In this document: positions 1 to 10,989 of the stretch, piece after piece | Numbering within the stretch: position 1 is the stretch's first letter | Layout: each line of letters begins with the position of its first letter | Assembly: GCA_038496445.1 (NCBI GenBank) | Contig: JALMLS010000071.1 | Span: 62,001-126,000 of the forward strand | Length of the DNA stretch: 64,000 bases | DNA from: Trichosphaerium sp. ATCC 40318 | Taxonomy: Eukaryota > Protista > Tubulinea | Direction of reading: 5' to 3' | The notes under the pieces: generated by a model | Seen by the model: only the letters and a program-made list of their open reading frames with translations | Database searches by the model: none | Told to the model about the DNA's origin: nothing | Position numbers and translations under genes: made by a program

Positions 1-70
1 ATTTGAAAAATGTTAAGTGAAACGTGACAACATTTCGGTTTTTGGTTCAACTTTAAACGTAATAATCAAT

Positions 71-804
71 ATGAACAAAACGTACTCTATTGCTCCGTAC
101 CAGGTATATTATTTGTAATTGATGCATTTTTAACACCCAATATTAGGGAATTGAGTGTTTAGAGTCAAACTTCCCTGTATTGGTAGCCACTGATGTAAAC
201 AGTGGTAAAACTACCAATATAGACGCAATAGCAGGTTTTGACTACGCTTGGGGACATAAATACGTAGTCGAAGTAGGTAGGCCTCAAAACTACAACAAAT
301 TCCTCTAATCGCATGTAAAACAGAGGAGAGGAAACTAACGGAGGACGAGTTTATGTGCGATGGACCTGACTACGTTTGGACTCTAAAGAGCATAAAAGAG
401 GATAAAATAACACCTGCAGGTATATTCTTAGCGCCTTATAACCAACAAACGCCCGCAAAGTGAATTCTGTTTTTGGCGCATTCAAAAAAAATGAAATTTC
501 CATTAGGTACAGAATTCACTCTGAGAATACCACAAAGTATGGTGCGACTTGGCCACTATCCTGTCATACGTACTTCCGGATTATTTTCCAAGACTTACGC
601 CATTTGGGGAAAGTATAAGATAAAACCAACTCAAGAACTCAAAGTACGCAATAATAATCGCTGTTTGACTTAAAATGTTGTACTTACGGCTTTAAGGATG
701 CCCTTAGTCAGAACAATGATTTTGATATTACATTAGCATTCCAGGGAAACCCCAGCGATCCATTTGTTGTTCGCAATGTAATAATAGTAGAAAGTATGTA
801 TTAA
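71..804 (+). CDS. DUF4377-like protein (bacterial-type domain), 5 exons
   Basis: Spliced across GT-AG introns: MNKTYSIAPYQ|GIECL...IAGFDYAWGHKYVVE|...DGPDYVWTLKSIKE...; resembles the DUF4377 motif IeGFdYepGyeYvl; ends TAA at 804. Confidence 0.6.
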
Positions 805-846
805 AAACAATCAAAGTAAATTTTTATATACAAACAAAATCTGACT

Positions 847-1515
847 CTACGTGCACACGGTTAAACACTTGCTCATATTACTCTTGAAAGGCCTTTGTAG
901 CAAAAAAACGTGACGTCGATGACAGCTTTTCGCCGAGGAAACGTCTTTGGCATGTTTATTCACTAACAGTTTAATTTTTATATGCTCTCTGACACGTGAA
1001 TGATGTGAGAAGTCCTTATCTACACTATATGCAAGAATAATGAATGTTTCTTGACCTGGCACTAGCTCACAGTCTTTTGGATCGCTTATTGATCTGTTAC
1101 ATTCGCATGACACGATTTTTGATTTTTACCTGATAGCAGAGGAATAGTAAACGATATTTTAGTTATCCCATGTTCATGACAACCTTTCAAATTTGTCACT
1201 CTATTTTTACCACCATATTTTTCTTTGTTGTAATGTCGCGGAGGTTCAGCGATATGTTCTTCACTTTCAACATTGCCATTTTCAAGAAGTCTGAGAAACA
1301 CCAGCTTAGATCCAGCAAGACTATGATTTTTCGTATTAAATCCAACGAGTAACCACCCTTGTGCTTTGTTAGACGATGTAAAAACAAGGGGATTTTTTGT
1401 AGTTTGTACCTTGAGTCTTAGCACTTATACACCCGTTAAAAACGCCTCCATCTTCACTACTTGTATTCCACTCCAAGTTTATACCTCTTTTCGTAATGTG
1501 TTGGGCGCTAGCCAT
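847..1515 (-). CDS. DOMON-domain protein (bacterial-like), 3 exons
   Basis: MASAQHITKRGINLEW...AKTQ|GWLLVGFN...GITKISFTIPL..|DPKDCELVPGQETFIILAYS..DFSHHS. The second intron (about 1085-1129) leaves the frame off by 1 nt: a lesion, an assembly indel or an alternative donor. Confidence 0.6.
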
Positions 1516-1940
1516 GTGACAGTCGCACTGAAAAGTCTAAAAAAGCCTCAATTGCCTTTTTCGCAGAATTTCGCAGATACAATTCATTGCATTGACAGAA
1601 TTCATGTTATTTTCACGTGACATAACTGAACGAGCGCTCAGCGGTACCACTGTTGCTAAAGACATTGATCAATGCACACCGTAGGACGACTGAGGAGTGG
1701 TATTTATTGACAATGGATTAGAGAGGCAAAAAGGCTTTTAATCGGTTATGTTTAGTTATAAACTTGTATTTTGTGGGGTTTTGAGTTATACTGACCCATT
1801 CCCACATTTTACATTTCTTAACTCGAGCGTCAGAGTTACATATAGGTCTGCACGCGTATGGGTTGCTTGTTGATAAATATAACTCAAATATATGCTAATA
1901 AGCAAGGGTTTTAAGTAAACATCTTTCGTTTTTGTTCTAG

Positions 1941-2839
1941 ACTCACTAAAATCCGCAACAATGCTCGTGCCAGAGCGTGATACTACTTCTTCATCTCCTT
2001 TACAACACAACGACTGGCATGAGCTAGACGGTCGCGTAAAAACCCACGAGGGAGCGTAAGTTGCCACAGTACCGCCGTATAATGTATTAATCGCGTATTT
2101 GCAGAAACGCTCTACATTCGGGTCTTATTGCTTTGTACTTTAGAAAGCCAATACCAGAATGGCAACAACGCTACATGATACTAACAAGTACAGACTTATT
2201 TATGGAGTCTGGATCTAAAACCCTTACAACAAGGTAAAACATTTTTTAAAAGATACCAAACAATAGCCTACGCAGTTTATTATGCTTTAAGATACATTAG
2301 AAGGAAAAGTAGAATCGGTCTTAATTTTCAGCAAAAACCCGTTGTGAAATGTCACTTTTTACTCGTAAATTTGGGAGCTTGTTGATTAGCGACTGTTTAT
2401 AAAACCAATACTGACAATAGAATCCTTAGACGTAATGTTCCTTTAAGAGCTATAAGAAGGGCTTGTATGTGTACACTAAGGAATAAGACAGCGAGTGTTT
2501 TTCAGGTAAGTTTTCTTATCAATTTTCTTCATGTTTTTCTTACTTTCTTCACTTCTTTGATCAGACACTAATGTTTTTTGTAGATTGACTTTGTAGATAA
2601 AAGAAATCCCTTATTAGTTCGTACAGATAACGTTGTTGGTGCGTAGTTTGGGACTTTGACACCATTTGATACCAAAAAAAAATCAAAAAAAAAACAAAAA
2701 AAAAACGAACCCAATCGAAGATGTCAACTGACGTTTTGTTTGATTTTTAGAAGCTGGTGATTGGGTGACTGCTATTAATGCTGCGAGAACAAAGTTTTCT
2801 TTACAAGGTGATTTTGTTCTCATAAAGACAGTGGATTAG
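1941..2839 (+). CDS. PH-domain protein, multi-exon (5' end uncertain)
   Basis: Spliced: HSGLIALYFRKPIPEWQQRYMILT...FQ|IDF...LLVRTDNVV|EAGDWVTAINAAR; matches the PH WxxRY and C-terminal helix WvxAI motifs. Confidence 0.65.
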
Positions 2840-3176
2840 AGGGTACGGCGGTTCTCTAGAAGAAGAAGCAATTGAAATTAGTAAAACTCGAATTGTACAA
2901 TAGAAAAAATTTTCTAAAACGCCTTGTTTGCTGTTCTTAGGAGTCCTACTGACGTTTTATCTTATTTTCATACGTTTTGTTCTTATTGCTTTTCTAAATG
3001 ACCAGCGACTGTATTTCTCCTTCCTATCGTTTATTGCAACGCAATATTGTGTACCACAGCTCCGAGAGTCTTCGCTTCAACGAAATACTTACAACGGTTT
3101 TCGCTATCGTCAATTTTTCGGAAATGTCAACGCTGGTCTTACAACATTATTTAGAACGTAACCAAACGAACACACA

Positions 3177-3563
3177 ATGAGCAAACCAGGTGGTATCGGC
3201 GCAGAGAAAGAAATGACTGACATCGCAACTCAAGGTACACCTAAACGCTTGAGTTACTTTGTTCGTTAACGAAACGAAGCTGCAAACGCTGTTAAAGCAG
3301 ATATTGAGAAGAAACTGAACAAAACACTTGCCACGTACGAACCGATCAAGTTTTCCTCCCAAGTGGTCGCCGGAACCAATTTCTTCATAAAGGTACTATT
3401 TTTTTCGCTTTCTGTGCGCTTTAAGATAATAACACCAAAAAAGATCAAAATTGGAGAATCGGAGTACATACACGCACGTATCTATCGCCATTTCAGCGGC
3501 AGCACAGAGTTAAACAATGTTGAAGAGAATAAGAGCGCAGATGACGCAATAACCTACTTTTAA
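3177..3563 (+). CDS. Type-1 cystatin (stefin A/B-like), 3 exons
   Basis: MSKPGG...SQVVAGTNFFIK|IKIGESEYIHARIY...DAITYF; QVVAG motif and typical stefin C-terminus. Confidence 0.92.
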
Positions 3564-4423
3564 ACCAAGAAATGTCCCGTGACTAATAAAAGGGATTTTG
3601 TGACGCTAAAAAAAACTTTTCGAGCCTAACATGTTGATAGATTTTTTTTTTGACTTTCGAGCAAGTCTTTGAATCTTCTATGCTTTTATTCTTCTCAATT
3701 CCTGAGGTAGTCGGTGGAAGTTGTTACTCACTCAACTTGCAGTTTGGTGTCACAATTTTGTCAACATTGTGACGATTTTCTGGATTCTTTGTTTTTCATT
3801 GCATTGATTTTAGCAAGTGCTATGTTTGCGCGTGTTATCTAGTGACTATAAATTGTTTGTCACGTGATTAATTTTGTCCATCGTTCTAAAGCGGTAAGGT
3901 TTCAATTCACACTGAGTTCAAAAAGTATTTAAAACATTCAACACCATAGACCATCAAACACTCCAGGAAGATCCATGAACCTTGATTGATTTAAACACAT
4001 TTTTATCTCGGATCTGTCGTTCGGTTAGGACCAGAAGCTGAGCTTTACTATCAAAGGCTTGTATCTAGAAATCGTACAAGAATGCAAACTCGATGTAGAG
4101 TTTAACAAAACTCGCGAAACTCTTCGATATGGCACCTACACACGAAACAGATCAAATCTGCCAGGCTTTTATTGTTAAATTGGACTGGAAGAACAGACGT
4201 ACAGAGACTATTTTTTTACACGTGCTCCTTGATGAGCTTTTAATCTCTATGTAGCATTTTATGATCAAGACATTATGGCTGAGAGTACTCTATCAACAAT
4301 ACTCAAAATGTGTTAGATCCTGCTAATAACACTTAGATGCTGGGATGATGACTTGTTGCTATTTCATGCTACAGAACGATGTAGTTGATAAGGTGTTGAC
4401 AAGTGTTTATTTAGAACAATTTA

Positions 4424-6333
4424 TTACTCATGCATTGATAGTTGAACTGAAAGCCCTTCTATTCTCAATGCAGGTTTTAAAACAAACTTTATGTCTTTTA
4501 GATGACATCCAGGTGCTTCTGATACCTTGAAATTGTAGCAAATCAATGCTGTGTAGATCACTAATTCTATGATTGCAAGATTCTTTCCTAGACAAACACG
4601 TGGACCTCCACCAAAGCCAAAGTATGGTAAAGTTTCTTGAAAAGAAAGTAAGAAAAAAAAAATTGAATTATACTACTGATGTACCTGTTGTATTAAATCG
4701 ATCAGGATTAAATTTATTAGCTTCTTTAAATATGGTATTGTTAAGATATCCAGATTGTGGGCTCAGAAGGACCATAGTTCCTGCAGGAATCGTATAAGCT
4801 AAACAAAAACAGTTAGTACTAAATATTTCTCTTTTCCTCTTTTAGAAAATAACTCTTACTCCCGTGTTTGGACTTCAATGTGTAATCTTTAACTGCTTTG
4901 CGATTGAAAAAAATTGTTGGCCCATAGAGTCTCAAGACTTCTTTGACAAAGTTGGATAGTGTTTTGTTATTCATAAAATCATAGAAATTTAGGTTGTCTT
5001 TCTTCATTAGTGGTGCAACCTCGTTATAAATAATATCCTGAAACTCTGTATGCTTGCATAATGCAAACAATATTGCTACCATTGTATTTGATGTCGTCTC
5101 TACACCTCCAAGATATATACCAAGAGCATTTGATATGATACGTTCACTATTCCAAAATTGTTTATCTGTTTGTAGCAACATTTCCTTCAAAACAATCTTT
5201 ATTAGCAAAGTGACACGTGGCAGATAAGTACCTCTATTATATTACCTGGTTTGCGTCCAGGTACTTTCAAGTTGTTTTTAGCTTTGTCCAAGACCTGTTC
5301 TAGAAATGGAAGAACAACCTTGCTCAACGAATTATAAAAGTCTGTTTCTTCCTATTTATAATTAGAACGCTTTGTGTTGACTCACGTAGTTACCTTAGGT
5401 ACTAAAAATGGTAAACGCCAATATTCCACTGGGGCAGATCCTCTTCTTATAAGAACTATCAATAACTTCTGAAGAGTGTCCAGTAACTCACGTTTTTTGA
5501 GTTTATCTTCTAAAGACAACTTACAAAAAGAAAAGAAAAGAAAGCTCACCACTTACCTTCAAACTCACTAATCTTCAAAAACATGTTAGATAAAACACCG
5601 AATGTTATTCTTGACGCTAATTCATAAGGATCTTCCAGAGGTTTACCATCCTTTGCAAGATTCTTTACTTCGTCAATCTTCTCTTCAAGCGCCTGTAAAA
5701 TACCATCGAACTTTGTACTTAAATACTTGTTTGTAAACTCAGGAGCGACTAACTTTCTCATCACTTTCCATTGATCTCCATGTTGGAATCCCAAGGCGCG
5801 ATCTAGTTTGAGCGACTAAAAATGTTATTAAGATCACGTGATTAAACGTTTGGTAAGGAAGGTTACAATAAAAAAGAAGAAGCAAAGCCAGATTTTAGTT
5901 GTTAGATCACAGTCTCATATGGATATTTCCGAAAGTAATGCGAGTATATGCCAACGTTATTGAATAGAAGCGTACCTCTAATACTTTGTCGTTTGAAACA
6001 AGTGACGAGCAAAAGTAGGTTTTCTCTTGAAAGATTTTCTTGATGTCATCAAAATCAGAAACCACTATCGAAGTCTTTCCAAACACTTTAAATTGGTACA
6101 CGTTACCGTATAACTGACGCCACTACAGCGAGTTTAGAAGTTAATCTAAACGCAGTTTTATTCTTCCGTACCTCTTCAAATACCTCGTGAACAAGTCCAC
6201 TATTTTTTGATAGCTTTATAACGCTCCCAATGAAAGGATATCCAGTCGGTCCAGGAATGTTACTTTTATTTTTCAATAGCCAAGCCACAAATGCAACAGC
6301 GCAAAGAGCTATGAGTATACCTGTGTATAACAT
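4424..6333 (-). CDS. Cytochrome P450, copy 1 (multi-exon)
   Basis: N-terminal TM anchor, PGP hinge, I-helix GGVETT, K-helix EVLR, FNPDRF and heme motif FGGGPRVCLG. Confidence 0.93.
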
Positions 6334-6876
6334 GTTGCGAAGCTGTTCCCAATACGAATCAACTGCGATGAACAAAGCAAGGTCAACAATGTTCTCGCAA
6401 AACCGCGAAAACAGAATCACATGATGTTTTTAAGTGGGGAAAGTAGTTTTTTTACTTGACACAAGTAGGATGCAGTCCCGGCGCGTTTAAAAAAAAGTTG
6501 TTGTCAAAGATTTATTGAACGGTTTCTGAAATCACGTGAATTTTGGGCGGTTCTGCTTTCACAGAAATAGTGCAAGGGATTCAAATTACGCCTGCGACTG
6601 TTACTGATAGTTGATATTCGCATACAGTTGAACGCCTGTTAAGTCAGAAAAAGCGGTACTTCCTTTTTTTGTAAATGAAGTACCGTTCTCCAATGTTTCC
6701 CTTTCCAAGAAAGCCTCAAAAGTTAGTGTCTTTCAGCCCATGCGATAAAGATTGAGCAGACAAAACTGTTGTATTGCTTGTTGTATTTATACCTCAGCAT
6801 TGGTAGCTAAAAAATACGCTTTATTTACTTCTAAACCCTGGCTGATACCAATGTGTTAATTGTTTTGAAAGACTTT

Positions 6877-7780
6877 TCATGTCTTGGGATATTTCTTTGC
6901 CATCTCAATAGCTGTAAAACGTTCTTTGCATTGAGGACACCAACCACAATGTTTTTCATGACCCAATAAACATGAATAAGTGTCATCAATATCCTACAGA
7001 AAAGACATAAGCCTCCATCAGTTGAATAGCTTGGAAGAAAAAAAAAGCTTAAACAGAAACAAAAAAGACAAGATTCACGCACTAATCCATATGTTGCTGC
7101 AGCACCCAGAATATCGTATTTTGTCATATGTACAAGAGGTGTTTCTAGCTTTATACCTGGCTCTAATATATCCACAACTTTCTGAAAAGCATCAGCAAAC
7201 TTGAGAGTATGATCCTCAACAAGTATTTTATCTTCATCACTTTTATTAATACCAAGAACAACAGCCTCAGCATTCTCCTGTATAGCATAGCTAACTATTG
7301 CTTAGCAATAACACATAGAACATATACATACCTTACACATAGTGCTGCAAGTGGAAACAAACGCTGTGGAATAGGAGAGTGTTTTTTCATTCTTTGATTT
7401 TCATGAAATTTCTCCCCAACTTTGGACATATCGAATGTTACAAGAGGTAGAATGTGGTCAAGCTTTGAGCATAATTTCTCGCAAGCTTTAGCTTCTGGGA
7501 TCCGCGGACGTTGTCCGTAATTAATAAATACTGGTAGACTCCATCTAACTTCTATTTGAACATGTTAGTGTTGGTTTTATGCGTTTTTACCTTTGTTTTC
7601 TGCCGCCGCTTGTTTATTATCATAATGTTGTTTATAAAGCGCTGTGGCGCTATCTAAACCACCAGAGAGTAATACAACGGCTTTTTTGGCGTCTTTTGGA
7701 GGAATAGTTGTGTATTGTCTACGAGTAAGCGTTTTGTTGCTCTGATATGTTGTATGAGATACAATTGTACACCTACGCAT
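6877..7780 (-). CDS. queC: QueC-like (7-cyano-7-deazaguanine synthase family) PP-loop enzyme, 4 exons
   Basis: [32 protein letters not shown] and [21 protein letters not shown] (Zn site) joined across 3 GT-AG introns. Confidence 0.85.
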
Positions 7781-8152
7781 TGTTGTGACGTCGTTTAGCT
7801 TTTCTTTAATAAATATGTTTGTTTTTGTTGGCATTCTTTGAATAAGACAACGTATTTGCAAAAGCGGCAACTCACTGAGTTCCCACACTTTCAGTTAATA
7901 ACGAAACGACGCAAGCAAGAAATGTTGGAGAGTGGGATAGTTTATGAAGTAGATTTAGCAAATTGTAAATTTACAATTGCTTGCAGTGTTAACATAGATC
8001 TCGATAAAGGCATTTGCTCGCTTTAAATTTACAGGCACATGAGTTTGTGTGAACTTTAAATCTAAATAGAAACAACTCACATTAACTGCTCTCACCTCTC
8101 ACTGGCACTAGATTGACAGTGTCAAATTGGGATCACACTCCACCTGTCCCAC

Positions 8153-8213
8153 ACTTCAGTGACAGATGAAAGTATCAAATCGCTCAAAGGCATTCATACT
8201 ATTTATCTTCACG
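8153..8213 (+). pseudogene. Orphan LRR cassette fragment
   Basis: TSVTDESIKSLKGIHTIYLH, the same repeat type as 8547-9809, with no surrounding ORF. Confidence 0.65.
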
Positions 8214-8356
8214 TGATTTTGTCCAAATGTCAAAATAACGTAACAACAGGCACATTTTGACAAAAAAAGTAGCAGCTAGCGTGATCTAGTTTTACCACTA
8301 AGTTTGTTAATAAGCGCTAATAGAGGGCTTTCAACCAATCTGTAGAACTTTTAATT

Positions 8357-8523
8357 TTAAGGTGTTTAGACTGATATCTTGAAACCGGACTGGTATCGTA
8401 CCAGTATTTGCACTTAACTTGTGCTCGTACCTTAATACCATAGCCTAACTGATCCTTTCGCATACCGGTCCATTCTAGATATTGGCGTATAAAAAGTACA
8501 TTTTAACCATTAGACGTCCTTAA
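8357..8523. mobile_element. TTAA-flanked MITE-like element (GG...CC termini)
   Basis: ttaa|ggtgtttag ... ttagacgtcc|ttaa, plus an internal inverted repeat gatatcttgaaaccggactggtat / ataccggtccattctagatatt. Confidence 0.45.
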
Positions 8524-8546
8524 TACCATCACAAGGACGATATACA

Positions 8547-9809
8547 ATGCTTCCTATTACTACGTGTTATAAAATCAACAACATCGCACATGATAATTTG
8601 TTGCGGCTACCTACAGAGATATTAGCGCATATTTTGGTTCAAACAACCACATCACGATTTGCAGCTTGTCAAACATGTCGTATATTTGCTTCTATCATTC
8701 ACGACATTATCGGATACCACGCTATCAGGGTTGAAACTATAAACCAAGTAGAATCAGTTGTAAAACATCGTGGGATTCTGAAAAATACCAGCATAGACCT
8801 TAGCTTTTGTGATTTTGGCGATACCAGCATCACACAATTTGCTGGAGTTCATACTATTTACCTCAATTATACTTCAATAACAGATGAAGGTGTAAAAGCA
8901 CTTGTTGGAGTTCATGCTATTGGCCTTGATAGCACTTTGGTAACTGACGAAGGCATTAAAGCACTTGCTGGAGTTCATACTATTACCCTTAGTTGTACTT
9001 CAGTAACTGATGAAGGTGTAAAAGCACTTGTTGGAGTTCATTTGATTAAACTTAATCGTACCTCAGTAACAGATGAAGGTGTTAAAGCACTTGTTGGAGT
9101 TCATACTATTGGCCTTGATAGCACTTTGGTAACTGATAAAGGCATTAAAGCACTTGCTGGAGTTCATACTATTACCCTTAGTCGTACTTCAGTAACTGAT
9201 GAAGGTGTAAAAGCACTTGTTGGAGTTCATTTGATTAACCTTAATCGTACCTCAGTAACAGATGAAGGTGTAAAGTTGCTTGCTGGAGTTCATACTATTA
9301 CCCTTAGTCGTACTTCAGTAACAGATGAAGGTGTAAAAGCACTTGTTGGAGTTCATACTATTGACCTTGATAGCACTTGGGTAACTGACGAAGGCATTGA
9401 AGCACTTGCTGGAGTTCATACTATTTACCTCAATTATACTTCAATAACAGATGAAGGCATCAAAGCACTTGCTGGAGTTCATACTATTTACCTCAATTAT
9501 ACTTCAATAACAGATGAAGGTGTAAAAGCACTTGCTGGAGTTCATACTATTTACCTCAAGTATACTTCAATAACAGATGAAGGCATCAAAGCACTTGCTG
9601 GAGTTCATACTATTGGCCTTGATAGCACTTTGGTAACTGACAAAGGCATTAAAGCACTTGTTGGAGTTCATACCATTGGCCTTGATCATACCTCAGTGAC
9701 TGATAAAGGCATTAAAGCGCTTGTTGGGACAAAAAAATTATATGCACGTGGCACTTTAGTAACAAATGAAGGAGTTAAAGCTGTAAAAGGAACTCGTGTA
9801 TGGATATAA
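8547..9809 (+). CDS. Intronless F-box + LRR protein (14 x 21-aa repeats)
   Basis: LLRLPTEILAHIL...CQTCRIF F-box-like N-terminus; tandem xGVHTIxLxxTxVTDEGxKAL repeats. Confidence 0.9.
   Translation: MLPITTCYKINNIAHDNLLRLPTEILAHILVQTTTSRFAACQTCRIFASIIHDIIGYHAIRVETINQVESVVKHRGILKNTSIDLSFCDFGDTSITQFAGVHTIYLNYTSITDEGVKALVGVHAIGLDSTLVTDEGIKALAGVHTITLSCTSVTDEGVKALVGVHLIKLNRTSVTDEGVKALVGVHTIGLDSTLVTDKGIKALAGVHTITLSRTSVTDEGVKALVGVHLINLNRTSVTDEGVKLLAGVHTITLSRTSVTDEGVKALVGVHTIDLDSTWVTDEGIEALAGVHTIYLNYTSITDEGIKALAGVHTIYLNYTSITDEGVKALAGVHTIYLKYTSITDEGIKALAGVHTIGLDSTLVTDKGIKALVGVHTIGLDHTSVTDKGIKALVGTKKLYARGTLVTNEGVKAVKGTRVWI
8841..9722 (+). repeat. Coding tandem array of 14 x 63-nt LRR units
   Basis: Constant framework (ggagttcat...gaaggtgtaaaagcactt) with a short variable block in each unit. 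Confidence 0.95.
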
Positions 9810-10989
9810 TTCCAATAAAGTTGCAGTAGATTGAACAAAGGCAAGTAGTAATCAATCAAAAAACTCCTTGCACCCTAACCCACAATCCTTTTTTTCTTTT
9901 GTGTAAAAATTCAGTTTTTGTTCCTTTTGTTCAACATTGCATGAGTGTACCAAAATGTAGAATAAATCTGCTTGTGGCTACACTAGAGCCACTGAAGACA
10001 GGGAGGCTTTCCTCGAAGAGTACCCTTTGATATTGGCCCAATCATAAATAATGTTAAGTTTTAATTGGTACAAGGCTTACAGCATTAAGTTACAAGTTAG
10101 TTTGCAGCCGAAGTTTTGGCTTGCACATAAGTCACTGTAGTATGAGGCTTAGTGCATGCTGATCCTCTAGTACAATGGAAGTGACGCAGGGATTTCCCTT
10201 TACATGGCGTCCTGGCAAACTCGGACCAAAGGTTTGACAGAAATCAAAACGGGCAGGAAACAAAACCGCCCTCGCCCATAGGCTACTGAATCTTCATTAT
10301 ACTGGACGGAGTACCCATATAATATTTGCTAGACTAAGTTAACCCCAGCACTTGTTTAGCAGGCCGTCAATGAGGCAACAAAGCGAACCAGTACTGATTA
10401 CTTTTCATGTGAAGGGATCTCAGGTACCACATTAATTCTACAGCATTGTAGGAGTACACGCCATAATGGCTGAGTTCAAGAAGTGTAAACAATTTCAGTC
10501 TTCCACTTATACCATCTCTATTTATTACATTAATATTTTCAGCACTAGGAAAAATACAACTTTCCATAAACACAATATTTAGCAAACCTCCTCATATGTA
10601 TATATACAATATACAGTAGCAGCATGACATTAACAGTATTGATGACTTTCTCTACTACTATTCTATCTAAGATGGCGAATACAACAATCAATGCTTATAC
10701 AAAAGAGGGTTGAGATTTCGGGTAGAAATAGGCTTCGATGGTACAAAATACACGTGAGGCAAGTTTATTTATAGATTGGTAGCCTTGTCATTTGCTTCAT
10801 TGTATGGAGATACTCTTACTGGAATTGTTTTGATGGACTCTACTACGCCACAGCAGTGCACTAACGAAACTTTTTTGACAAGCCTAGTAAAAATATCTTC
10901 GCATGTGATCTTTTTCGAAGTTTTGCGAGAACATTGTTGACCTTGCTTTGTTCATCGTACTTGATTCGTATTGGGAACAGCTTCGCAGT

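Noticed and set aside
8841-9722. Repeat-variable-repeat pattern read as a CRISPR array or DGR
   Set aside because: Fully in-frame LRR coding; variation is not adenine-specific and no reverse transcriptase is adjacent.
10140-10440. RNase P/MRP or other known ncRNA in a GC-richer patch
   Set aside because: Conserved P4 motifs could not be identified.
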